This document shows positions 24,291-36,379 of a DNA stretch of 64,000 bases, one piece after another. Location: positions 6,634,001-6,698,000 of the forward strand of contig NC_092673.1 of assembly GCF_964355755.1 (NCBI RefSeq), given 5' to 3'. Positions within the stretch are counted from its first letter, which is position 1; each line of letters opens with the position of its first letter. This DNA is from Antedon mediterranea (taxonomy: Eukaryota > Animalia > Echinodermata). Position numbers and translations under genes: made by a program. Under the pieces are notes generated by a model that was not told the origin of the DNA, did not search any database, and was given only the letters and a program-made list of their open reading frames with translations.

Positions 24291-27200
24291 ATTACAAGAC
24301 TTTAGGCCTATAAATGGAGTAAACTTCAAAATAATTAATGGTCAAATGACCCGAGGATCGATCAAGTGACGAACATTCCAAAAATAATCCGCGGTACCTC
24401 CTCAGGATGCGGATTTGGTGGTACTACTGACCCGCGTCATATCAACACCCAATCAGATTCGTCGTTAAGACAATCTATTGCGGTATTGGTTACGAAAGTG
24501 GTGATTCAGTTTTTATGGGACTGAACTCATTCAAGCGCATAGAAACATAGCATTGTTCATAATCCATACAATTGTTAAAAGGTACAGTCGTGTTTTATCT
24601 TGTATATTGCAATTGCTATAGTTTTGATTTTTAATATTTCTATCTATTATTTCTATCTATTATTTCTACCAACGTCGTACAGGGTCATTATCGACCCTCT
24701 GCAAAGTACACGATTCTCCTCGTAGAAGTAGTAGGCCTAGTCATCAAACAACAGGTATGTAATATTGTCATATTAACTTACTCTTGTTTTAGAGAGTTTA
24801 CTGCACAAATTAATCCTTAAGTTCAGTACCATATTATTTATTTTTAACTGTGTGGCATTTCCGGGTTATTTGAGAATTTTTTAGTGATCAAGGGTAGTGA
24901 AATACAGTGAAGCTAGGCCCAGTGTAGAGTCTACAATGAATATCTATTTTAAATCGAGTATCACATTTTTTTAAACCATCATCATGTAATTTTTAGCTAT
25001 TAAATAGATATATCGTCATGTATATTATTTTTCAACCAATATGTCTTTTTGATACAGGCCTATACCTATAGCTATACAGTAGGCCTGCTAGTACAATAGA
25101 TCTTAATCTATCTTAATTAATATTAATGCAAACGCAACTAAGTTTATTTATTTATTATTGTAATTTTTTAAATTTATTTTTTTATTTTCTTATCAACCAT
25201 TATAGGAATACTTCAATTTGAAAAAAGAAACCTTTTCAATTAATAATTAATGTAACACTTTCAGGTAAAATCTTTGGTAATCAAGGTCCTGTATAAATAA
25301 GCTAACATTTAAAAATGTGTGGCACGAATGCGATTATTGTTATTAAATGTTATCAATTTAATATCTTAAATCTTAATAATCCTATTGTAATCCGCGTTTA
25401 ATCCGACCATATAGAATAACAATTGGATTATGATAACGATAAACCTTATTGAACAAACCTTTTGTTCAGCGGCACACGTTTACAAAGCAATTTAAAAACA
25501 AAATGAAAAGTATCAAAATAACATTTAAATTTTAAATAAATAAGAAGCGAATCATACAAGTCAAAAAAGATAAAATCATACATTTACAAACGTATAAACA
25601 GGAAATATCGCCATGAACGAAAGGACATTATACATTCTCACACAAACGCCGATTTGTGTACCGTGAAATTGACCTGTTAACTTCTTCGCTTCGGGTTATT
25701 ATATCTGTGTTGCCCGTTACCTTGACATGGAGAAGATTCGAGTCTCGGTGGTCCCTTTACAGGTACTTTTTTGTGTTTTTTATTTATTAAATTGCCTTGT
25801 CTATTCGCACTGATGCAGATCACTTCCGTGTCTACAACTACAGTGTAGTCTATAGAGGTTTATGCACCCCATTCTCTGAATTGTATATAACTCTAGTACC
25901 TCCACATGGCATTATCCAGTATCACACAGGCCAAATAGCTAGGTAATATAGTGTAACATCTGACCCCTGTATCATGGGAATAATATATTCTGACAGACTG
26001 TACCACAACATTTTTCTATTAATCGGCTTTGCTATCTGATGGCACAAACATGGTTAATTCATGTTAAAAAGTAAATATTTGTTATCATTTTATTATATAA
26101 GAATGGATAGATTTATACACTTTTTAAAAGGAGGAAACCATTCCTAGTCTGGTTATTTAATCAGTTTGATGAGGTAGTAAATCAAAACAATTATCAAACA
26201 CAAATTTACGACTTCCTTCTTTAAAATCATTATTTAAAAAAGTATGACAAAACATAAAAATAGGTCAAAATACGGCTCATTATTAAAAACATACATTGGT
26301 AAAATTAGGTGATATATTTTTTTTCTTCATTTTTTCCTCCTTTGGTAGTGATATAATAGACATTTTAAGAGTTAAAGTTAGTAAAATTGATCATTTTAAT
26401 TATCAATTACCAATATTTAATTTCCTGTTCTATTCACAGAATATTATATAATATTCAAAACCAATAGGAAGTGAGATAAAAATTTACTACAACTGTACTG
26501 TATATTTAAAAATATACAATGGCCTATCAAACATAGTCGTTCATCCTTGGCCGTGTTGATTATTTTACGGGACATATTAAAAGAAATTGTTTTCCTATAC
26601 CGGAAAAGGAAATTTAAGTATTTATATTTATACTGTATTTTATCAGAAATACCAACAAACTTGGTTACTTCATAGTACTTTATTTCACTACAAAAAAATT
26701 GTTTTGTATGGCAGGGGGGGGGGGGTCTGGGGGACTAGACACACCGTGGACCTAAATTTAGGTCCATGGACACACTCATCAAGTGAAAGTACAAGACGTA
26801 CCTGACACAGGGCTCTGTGTGGTTACATAATGGACAGGAAGTTGGATTAATTGTTTATACGTTTAGAATTGTCCATTGTTTAGTGTTCTTTTTGTTGGTT
26901 ATATTTAGCTCTAACAATGGTATAAAGCTTGTAATGTCTTACTCGTATTAAACTATATGTGTATGTAGGCCTATGTATCTATATAAATAATAAAATCGAA
27001 GAAAATAATACCAAAAATGTGGTAACAGTTTCTGAACCTCAAAGTCAAATACTTTCAGTCTGCAATAAATAAAATTCTTTCGTTTGGAGGCTATGGTAAT
27101 GGTAATCGAGTTTTTTATTTATGCAAATTCCCCCCCCCCCCCCAAAAAAAAAAAACAACACAAGAAAAAGCCTCTTTTGTAGAAGGATTTGCCACATTGG

Positions 27201-30160
27201 TCGGGCAAAACAAAAAACAAACTTCCCGCTGTACTCTTTCTCTAAATGCTATTTGTGTGTGACTCGATACAATTGGTAGGTCTACTGAAGATTTCCAATT
27301 TCGTACTAAAATATATTGACACAAACTTCCACATTAATTTAGTTTCACTTTGTACTTTGTTTACATTCTTTCTACTACAAGTTTGTATTATATAATTGCA
27401 AAAGTGCATTGTTAGTTTTTGATAGCATTTGAAAAAAATGAACAGATTAAACAATGAAAAGAACACATCTAATCAGTGAATTGGGAAAATATTTTCATAG
27501 AAAAAAGAGGATTTCTCGATTAAGCTTGGCTTAGCAACTTGTTTCGAAAACTATTAGCCGCGGCCAAAAAATAAGCCGCCAAACATTTTTAAATGTATTA
27601 AATTAATACGCAGATTACAACAAACATGATTTAGCCTAAAACTCTGTCTACACTTATCAAAACAGTTTGATGCCCATATATGGACATGATGATGTCATAT
27701 CACTACCATATTTGGGCATGTCACTACCATATTTGGGCAATTCACACTTTTTTTTGTCAAACATAAGCCTGGATAATGTATCATTTTTGTATATTTTGTA
27801 ATACCCAGGTACCATAATGCGTAATATATTTAGTTAATGATTATATAAGGGAGACTTAACATATTGTAATCACGTGTTGCAATAATCACATGCCACAGGT
27901 TACGACGAGAAAAATAAGAATGCTGTAGAGATCAAAGGTGAAAGTGAGGCCGGAGGTTATTGTTTATTGAAATAAAACAAAACGAAAGAAAATTCCCGAA
28001 TCAAGATTTAACGATGGTTGCACGCGCCAGGGGTTTCCCCAATCGGTGTCAAATGGGAGGGGACGGCTGCTCGGCCCTCCTACTGGCGACACCAACTGAC
28101 TATGTAAACAAAAAATATCTTCGCTTCTTGTCTCATGAAGTTTGATTGACGTTTAATTAATGAATGGTCAGACGGAACGCAAGAACGAAGACACGCAACG
28201 CAAGCGAGTTGACCAATGACAAGCGACAGTTCGATCCATCAATTGTGATTGGTCAAATCACTTAGTTGCGTTACGTACGTCTCTGTGTTGCATTAAGCAT
28301 TCAATATCAGGTTTAAATTAATATTTCATTCTATTTTTGAGTTATTACCATTTCGATAAGGTAAAATCTCGTAAACGAGTTTCGTCAAAACACGATTCCC
28401 CCATGTCCAACATATTTTTCCTTTTCTGCTTTCCTGTATTTATCATTTTCTGCGTGGTCTGTGACACTTTGCAGGAATTTAAACCCGGAAATTGACGGAT
28501 ATTATTAAAAGTATTGCCTAAAATAAACTCAAGGATTTTAAAGTCAAGTTATTTAATTCTCTCTACACACTACTGTACGTCGAAATAATTCCATTTCGAA
28601 ATGCATCCAACAAGTATCCCAGGGCATACACATGTACAGTAACTAATTATTATCCACGCAGATTGATTGGTCAAATTACCTGTGCAATGTATTGTATCGT
28701 ACCGTACTTTAGTTTGTGCGTTAAACGCATGACCCGATTTGTATGGTACGTTTTCGCGCTGCTGCTCTAGCCAGCTACGTCCCATGAGTACTACTCATTC
28801 ATAAGCAAGCAGCAGTTTGCGACTTTGTAAACTCGACTATAATTTATAGATCCCAGCTGCTGGACCCAAAAAACGTCTCGGAAAAGACAAGAAAGAATTT
28901 TCGTGAAAAGTCACGTTGTTGCATGCCAACAGGTTGAGGTCACACACACACAGCACATTCAAGTTCTAAATTGACCATTTTTAAATGGGCATGTGAATCA
29001 TAATTAAAGACTATCTTTGATTTGTATGTATTTTTGCGATTAAAGGACATCTTTTTTAATAATTAATCATAAATATATCTGAAGAAAGAACAATGATTAA
29101 TTATAAAATCTTGAGCAACGTTTTTTGTAAGAAATATTTTTTTCACTTAACGCAAAGACGATGATACAACAGCTTCCCATCAGCAGTTCAAATGAGCCAT
29201 CGCGTTGTGATTGGGCTAAAATGTGCCTAGTTGCGGCGCGCTAAAGCTTGTTCCAACTTGGACGCAACGCAAGGACGATGCACGCTACAAAGTAATTTGA
29301 TCAATCACGACGCGATAGGTCATCCGAATTGATTGTAATTGGTCACCTTACTTCTTGCGTCCGGCCGGGTGAGAAAACAAGATGTAGGTTCATAATGTGC
29401 ACTTGTTCAATCAAGGGATAGTTTAAACCCTCCTCATTTAGTGAACCCATGTCAGCCTCAATCATTAAACACAAACTAAATCGCATAAACAGTTGCAGAA
29501 TTTGTCAGAAAATGATAACAAAACAATACGGAAGTAAATAAGGGAAGACAGTCGTTGACTCAATGAGACTGAACCAGTTTCAATTGTCACCTCCGCTTAG
29601 TGGTTTTACATAACGCGACACGAGTTATTTGACCGAAGTTTTTATTTTTCTTGTATGACTTATAACCCATAATACATATTCCATATATTTTTTTTGCAAA
29701 TCATTCTTTACCAAAGTACGAACGACTTACCATTCATACATGAATTAACGCACTGATAAATGAACTAGACTAAAATTCTATGACGTATTTCCACCTGGCG
29801 GTGAACCACGCACATTTTTATGTGCATGTGTATTTTTCTTCAAACGAAAATGTACGGCGGTACACGTAAAGCATGTTCATGACTTGCGCACTATTGAGTA
29901 GACTACCCTACTTGCTTGCCCCAATTCTGTATTATTGTTTTTTTTTATGTTAGCCCACCCGTTGTCATTTCAATTTTTTTGTCTGGAAAAGGTATTTTGT
30001 GAGCTCATTATCATAGATATGAAACGCCATATATGCAAAAATATTTATCTTTTTACTTATATTAATTCGAATGCGGTCTAGAACCTAGACAATTAATTGT
30101 TCGTTCAACGAGTATGACAGACACAATGTTAAATATGTGATTTTTTTTGCAGGATATATA

Positions 30161-31276
30161 ATGGATCTATTTGAAAATACAACTTCTTTCTACTACTACG
30201 ACGACGAGAACGTGACATCAACAACGATTGAGCCATCTGTGGTTACGTGGGCTCCATGGGAACGTGTAATTCAGGTTCTCGTTCTAGGAATATTTGTCGT
30301 CACTGGTACATTTGGAAATACTCTTGTTATACTGTCTGTTATACTTTCTCGTAGATTACGTACAGGAACGAACGTTTTCGTCGTAAATCTAGCCGTTACG
30401 GACTTAGCAACTGTTCTTAATTTACCATGGAATATGTTGGCGTTTTTGAGTGAGGACGAGGGATGGCCGCTCGCACCGGGTGTATGTAGCTTTGCGTCCG
30501 CAATGGCTATTATCTGTATTGTTAGCAGTTTGTATACGCTGGCCTTGATTGCGATCACGAGGTTTGTTGTGATTACGCGTTCGGCGCGGGATTATCGGAA
30601 TATATGTTTATTCCGCACATCTAGTTTGATTGGTCTCCTCGTGTTCGTCTGGAGCATATCAATATTTACTGCGTTGATTCCACGGATGTTTGGAGTAGGC
30701 CAACTTGGATACGACACACGCTACAGCACATGCTCATGGGATTCGTCACATCCCAAGTCTGCCGTTTATAGTTTTATCATTTCTGCTATACTTTATCCCG
30801 TTCCGTTTGTCATCATCATATATTGTTACATACGAGTGTTTACACACATTCGGAAACACGTAAAAACAATGAAATCGGACCTAACTGCATCCGGGCCGCT
30901 CGAACATTCGTCCTCAACCAACGAACCAACGTTAAGGACCATCAACAGAAGTAGACAAGCGTCCACCCTTCATCAATCCACCAGGAAACGGTTAAGTAGG
31001 ACTCAAGTTGAGGTCACCAAGAACTTATTTTACGTCGTAGTTCTGTATGTTGTTTGCGCAACTCCGTATAACGTTTGTCTTCTGTTGCCAGGCGACGGTG
31101 CGATCAAAGCAACCCCGTATGCCGCGCTTTTCTTACTGTGTAATAGTTGTGTAAATCCGCTTGTATACGCCACCAAACATCCGTTTTTCAAAACTGTGTT
31201 CAAAAGCATTTTAACGTGTAAATGTTCAAAAATTCCAGATAAAGCGCACTTTTTACGATCAATAAGAAGATGGTAA
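30161..31276 (+). CDS. Class A (rhodopsin-like) 7TM GPCR, melatonin-receptor/GPR84/moody-like, single coding exon, 371 aa
   Basis: Seven hydrophobic segments with GN (TM1), LAVTD (TM2), TM3 Cys and IAITRF (DRY variant), TM4 Trp, ECL2 Cys, TM5 P/Y, CATPY (TM6) and NSCVNPLVY (TM7). An acceptor ttttttttgcag ends at 30152, just before ATG 30161, so the ORF-track start at 30137 is intronic. Subfamily assignment is inference. Confidence 0.93.
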   Translation: MDLFENTTSFYYYDDENVTSTTIEPSVVTWAPWERVIQVLVLGIFVVTGTFGNTLVILSVILSRRLRTGTNVFVVNLAVTDLATVLNLPWNMLAFLSEDEGWPLAPGVCSFASAMAIICIVSSLYTLALIAITRFVVITRSARDYRNICLFRTSSLIGLLVFVWSISIFTALIPRMFGVGQLGYDTRYSTCSWDSSHPKSAVYSFIISAILYPVPFVIIIYCYIRVFTHIRKHVKTMKSDLTASGPLEHSSSTNEPTLRTINRSRQASTLHQSTRKRLSRTQVEVTKNLFYVVVLYVVCATPYNVCLLLPGDGAIKATPYAALFLLCNSCVNPLVYATKHPFFKTVFKSILTCKCSKIPDKAHFLRSIRRW

Positions 31277-32044
31277 AATACAAATACAGAAAACTGTATT
31301 TAACGATTTTAAATGGTGTTTTTAATAGGCGTGTACCATAATTATTTAATATTCTCGGAACTTTATGTTGACATCTAAATTACCACCGCACACATACAAA
31401 ATACAAGAAAGGAATTATAAGTGGCGAATCCAGAGACTGACCAGGGTTACTTTCCAACCCACTCTGAAACCGCCACTACGGTACGGTACTAATATTAGTA
31501 TAATACATACTTTTTAAAAGGGAAAAAATGAAATTAACTATACCAGTTAACCATACCTTGAGGAAATGCGAGTTCATTCGAAATTGGGTAAATTACGATC
31601 ATAAAATTCAGGTTTTTTAAAATATTTTTTGTAGTTAAGTATACGTGATATTTTAACTTTATAAAATACAATTTTAAAGTGTTTCTTTATATAAGGTTTG
31701 ACATTTCAGTGAAGAATGTATAAAATAATCATAATATTTGCTGTCATAACAGCAAATATTATGATCATATTATTCTCAGCCTGGATGCCAAACCACTTTG
31801 TAAACTTAAAAAATTGACACATTGAATCTCATATTTATGCTATTTTTTTTTGGGCAAATATCTCCCATTTAACGTACGCTTACGTTCTTGCGTTGCATTC
31901 GTTGGAACCAAACTTTATTCTGCAATCTTAACTTAGGAAAGTATTACCATTTATGATATGTATATTGTATAGAGTGTTCAGGTCTATATAACACCTAAAT
32001 CTGATTGGACGATTGTGGGAAACATGGCGTGAGTACACCATTAG

Positions 32045-33950
32045 TACTATAGTACTATATTTAAAAAGGGCAAAAGAGATCAACCAGCAAATTATAGAGG
32101 CGTATCCTTAATATCCACTTTAGGCAAGGTGTTTTTATACATTATAAGCAATAGATTAAGCAAATGGACAGAAGAAAATGAAATATTACATCAAAAACAG
32201 GGAGGGTTTAGAAAAGATTGTCGTACTATTGATAACATATTTATTTTAGACACAATTGTTAACAAATATCTCTCAAAAAAACGAGGAACTGTGTACATGG
32301 CGTTTATAGATTTAAAACGCGCTTTCGATTCTATTAGACACGATTTCCTTATAAGTAAACTAAGAAAATCTGGTATAAAAGGTAAAATAATCAAAGTTAT
32401 AAAAACAATGTATAGTAAATTAAAAGGGCATGTAAAGGTTGGCAACAAAATTGGAGAATCCTTTAAATGTGAAGTAGGAATACAACAAGGGTCACCTTTA
32501 TCTTCATTATTATTTAATATTTTTATTAATGATATAACTGAGTTATTACATACTGCTGAAAATCGAAACAAAATAAAAATTGATAACATAAATATTAATC
32601 GCCTACTGTATGCAGATGATCTAGTTTTAATCAGTGATACAGTGTACTCATTACAAGATCTTTTAAATAAACTAGCATATTATTGTAATAGGTGGGGATT
32701 GGTAGTTAACATTGACAAAAGTAAAATAATAGTATTTAAAAAAAATGGAAAACTTAAGAACTACGAAAAGTGGAATTATCTTGGTAAAGAAATTGAATTA
32801 GTAAAATCTCTTAAATATCTTGGAGTCACTTTCGATTGTTCAGGAAATTGGGAAAAGGCCAGAAAACAAAATAATACACAGGCTAATAAAGCACTTTTCT
32901 CACTCAAAAATATAATATATCAGAAATATGGACATCTACCAGTGAATATTTGGAACTACTTATTTGATGTTAAAATAAACCCAATTATACTGTATGGTAG
33001 TGAAATATGGGGAAAACTAAACAACAACAAAATTGATGATATTCAAAATAATTTCTGCAGATATGTTTTAGGGGTCGGGAAATCAGCCACAAATGTTTCA
33101 ATTAGAGGAGAATGTGGACGATTCTCTTTATCAATCGAAAGTGTACTCAATGTTATCCGTTATTGGGTAAGACTAGTAAATATGAACGAGGACAAATATG
33201 CGAAGAAATGTTATAAATCTCAACTTCATAAAGCGCAAAATAATAGTAATTGTTGGGTAAGCGATGTAAAACACATGTTATGCTCTATTGGTCATGGAAA
33301 CATATGGTTTTCACAAAATAATATCCTTGATAAATTTTATATAGTTAATAAAATAAAAGAAAGGCTAACCGATATAGAACGCCAATCCTTTCTTGAAAGA
33401 ATAAATATTTCTTCAAAATTAAGATACTATAAAATATTCAAAAACAATTTCGGAGTAGATGGATACTTACTACAGACCCTTGATACTAGATATAAGCGAG
33501 CTTTAAGTCAACTAAGACTGGGCACACTTCAACTAGAGGTAGAAAGGGGAATATGGAAAAGAATAGAGCGCAGCAATAGGTTATGTAAAATATGTATTGT
33601 AATATAAATGAAGTTGAAGATGAATATCATTTTGTTACAGTTTGCTCTCGTTACAAGGAAATCAGAAAAAAATGTATACCTTCTTTATTTTTTGAAAATC
33701 CAAATACTTTTAAATTCTGTCGTTTAATGTCATCACAGGATCCAATAATTATTGATAATCTATCTAAATATATTTATCATGCTTATAAGTTAAGATATAT
33801 GTTTTGCTTAAAGAACGAAATTAATTAATTCATTTATCTTGTGACCATAAATTGCTTTATTTTTCAATGTAATTATTATTTTGTTAATTACTAGGGGCCA
33901 GAGGCCTAAAGTAAATAAAGTCAGGCGATAAGCCTGAATGAATGAATAGT
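32045..33950 (+). mobile_element. 5'-truncated non-LTR retrotransposon (LINE; RTEX/CR1-L2-like ORF2 RT plus CCHC C-terminus)
   Basis: Starts mid-ORF2 (IFKKG..PANYRGVSLIS). RT motifs QGGFR, FIDLKRAFD, GIQQGSPLS, LLYADD, KYLGV. C-terminal CKIC...VEDEYHF..C is split by one frameshift near 33600. Short 3' UTR with AATAAA and a (TGAA)n tail near 33935-33948. Confidence 0.92.
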
Positions 33951-34861
33951 TTTTTTAATTGTATATAATATATAACTACGCTGTTACGAATTGTGATAAC
34001 ATAGTACAATTTCCGATATGGATTAATCATTCTTCCTCTGAGTGTTAAATGAATGACTTAAATTAAAGACCAGACAAGCATCATGTCATTTCCATGAATT
34101 ACAATTGCTCTGACAAGATAGAAAGGAAATTACGACATGGATTTCCTAATAAGGCAACAAGCAACAAGTGTGTGCGTACTATGTCACCGACCGGAATCCA
34201 TGTGAGATCCCGGATTCAAAGAACTCGTAAATATAAAGATTATATTCTATTTTTGTCTTGTCCTAAAACAAACAATTTTTTTTGCTTTACCTCGACAGCC
34301 CTGTTCAACATTTTTGTTTCCGATTGTCGAAAGGTTGAAAATAAAAAATAAATAAATACATTTTTTAACGAAGGAAAACTAGATCGCGTTGAAAGAATGC
34401 TCAAAAACTACAACCGAGCGGCACGTGATGCGTAAATAACCAATCAAATGGCGGGAATATACATTTAAGTGTCACGTTCAAACATGTTCAAATGAACAAT
34501 AATAATTATTGTAATTGTAATCAGGGGAGGGGATGGGAGGTGATGATGTTATTACAATCCAGGGTCATTTATACGTAATGGAGTGACAATATTATATCTA
34601 GGGAAATTTTACTGTAGAAAAATAAGATAAATATTTACATTAATTTTATACAACTTTGTAATAATTTATTACAGTATTAGAAATAAACGTTTAAATAATC
34701 AATAATAACCAATTAATCGTTACATGTTTATTGAACGCTTTCATCTTGGATGGTTTCACTATCGTGTTAGGGAAAGTAATAGGAAAACCCAGAAACAATA
34801 CAACTACTGTATTAACATGTCGTAAACAAGAAAGGTTTCAAAGTAGTTTAAAAAGTAGTTT

Positions 34862-35660
34862 AACAAGGCCAACAGCCATTAAGTCGCGTGCTACAATGCA
34901 TAGTGATACCGGACCGACAGACAGACTGACAGACAGACCGACAGACAGACAGACAGAGAGACCGACCGACCGACATAGTGAACTATACTGACCGAAAATA
35001 CTGAACATGTTTAAAAATGTTGAAATGTTTAAAAACATTTATTTTTTTTTAATTTACACGTGCGTAGCCTGTCACTTTCGACGTGCTCGTATAACGTAAT
35101 TTCGAGTTGAAAAGTACGGTAAGTCAAGAAAACAGAAATCGGGCAAAAAGAGTGCGCAATAACATTTAACGCGCAGTGCGCGCGCAAAAATATGCGCACT
35201 CATGGCAATTTTGTAAACGCTTAAAATTGCCTGAAATGTACTCTTATTTCATCGAAAATAAATTTTGAAAATGTTAAGCGCGCGTACGCATGCGTTACAT
35301 GCGCTACACACGTAATTGTATTGCCATATGATGATTTATGCCCTGAAATTTATGAGTACCAAATTTTATTTAATTGTGATTCATGGTTGTGAAGATATGA
35401 TTACAAACGTGATTTCGTTAAATCGTGCGTAGACCGCGTAATTTTTTATTGCGCACCGTGAAAACATAACCACATTGATTCCTGGCCATAAGGAATATAC
35501 TGTGAAAAATTGACCTAGCTAGATTAAACTGATATCAAGATAAGGTCAGAAAGCGATAAAACGCATAGTGATACCGGACCGACAGACAGACCGACAGACC
35601 GACAGACAGACCGACCGACCGACATAGTGAACTATAGAGTCGCTTCCACGCGACTAAAAA
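34862..35660 (-). mobile_element. Helentron-associated non-autonomous element (HINE/DINE-1-like), long copy
   Basis: On the minus strand it begins TTTTTAGTCGCGT with a terminal hairpin, carries (GTCG/GTCT)n microsatellites and ends GCACGCGAC...GGCCTTGTT. The core-plus-microsatellite block occurs twice (about 34895-34987 and 35564-35636). Confidence 0.75.
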
Positions 35661-36163
35661 GTAGGACGAATGAACAATTCCAAACTAAGGTGAAAATTAA
35701 AGACTACTTATTAAAGTCTATATTAGAACGGAAAATTTGTACGAAAAAATATGTTTTTTAGACCAATGTCTTTGCAATTTCCGAATGCTGCGTCTGATAA
35801 TTCTCGTTATATTAAATACTAACCGTGGCAATGCACTGACTAGCGTCGTGAGATAAGTTTAAGCGAATGGAATAGATAATAATAAATAAGCCAGGTCAAA
35901 TTGTCAATGTCGTTCTTAAAAAAAAGTTATAAACCTGGAGCTATACCCTTTAAGGAACATAAACGTTATGCAAAAATCTTGCACGATAAAAAAAGAGAGG
36001 AAAAGACAGGCCTATGAATGAATATGGTTGAGGAAAGGTGCAAAGATGTCTTTGTTTCTGTTGTGCGCCATTTGCGGAAAACTCTTATCAAACGGTCACT
36101 TTCCCGTGAAACAAATGAGTGACAAATATTTGGTAATACGGCCGGCGGGCAAGTCCCCTATTA

Positions 36164-36379
36164 AAGCGTGGTTCCCATTAGAACGCCACGTAACGCAGCG
36201 ACGTATCGACGCAAAGTGATGTATTGGGTAATCGCAAGTGGGAACCGACGACGCAACAGTGCTGTAAAAATCGCAGATTTGATTTAACGCAGGCGGGGGC
36301 AAACACAATGATTGGAAGGGCATTTTCTTACGTTGCGTAGATTGCTTTACGTTGCGTCGCTCAAGTGGGAACCAAGCTT
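36164..36379. mobile_element. Harbinger-like MITE, sister family (same TIR, different core)
   Basis: AGCGTGGTTCCCA...TGGGAACCAAGCT termini. The core GCAGGCGGGG(G)CAAACACAAT is shared with 39090-39290. Confidence 0.72.

Noticed and set aside
30271-32589. Minus-strand ORFs at 30271-30558 and 32191-32589
   Set aside because: Antisense shadows of the GPCR and the LINE RT.
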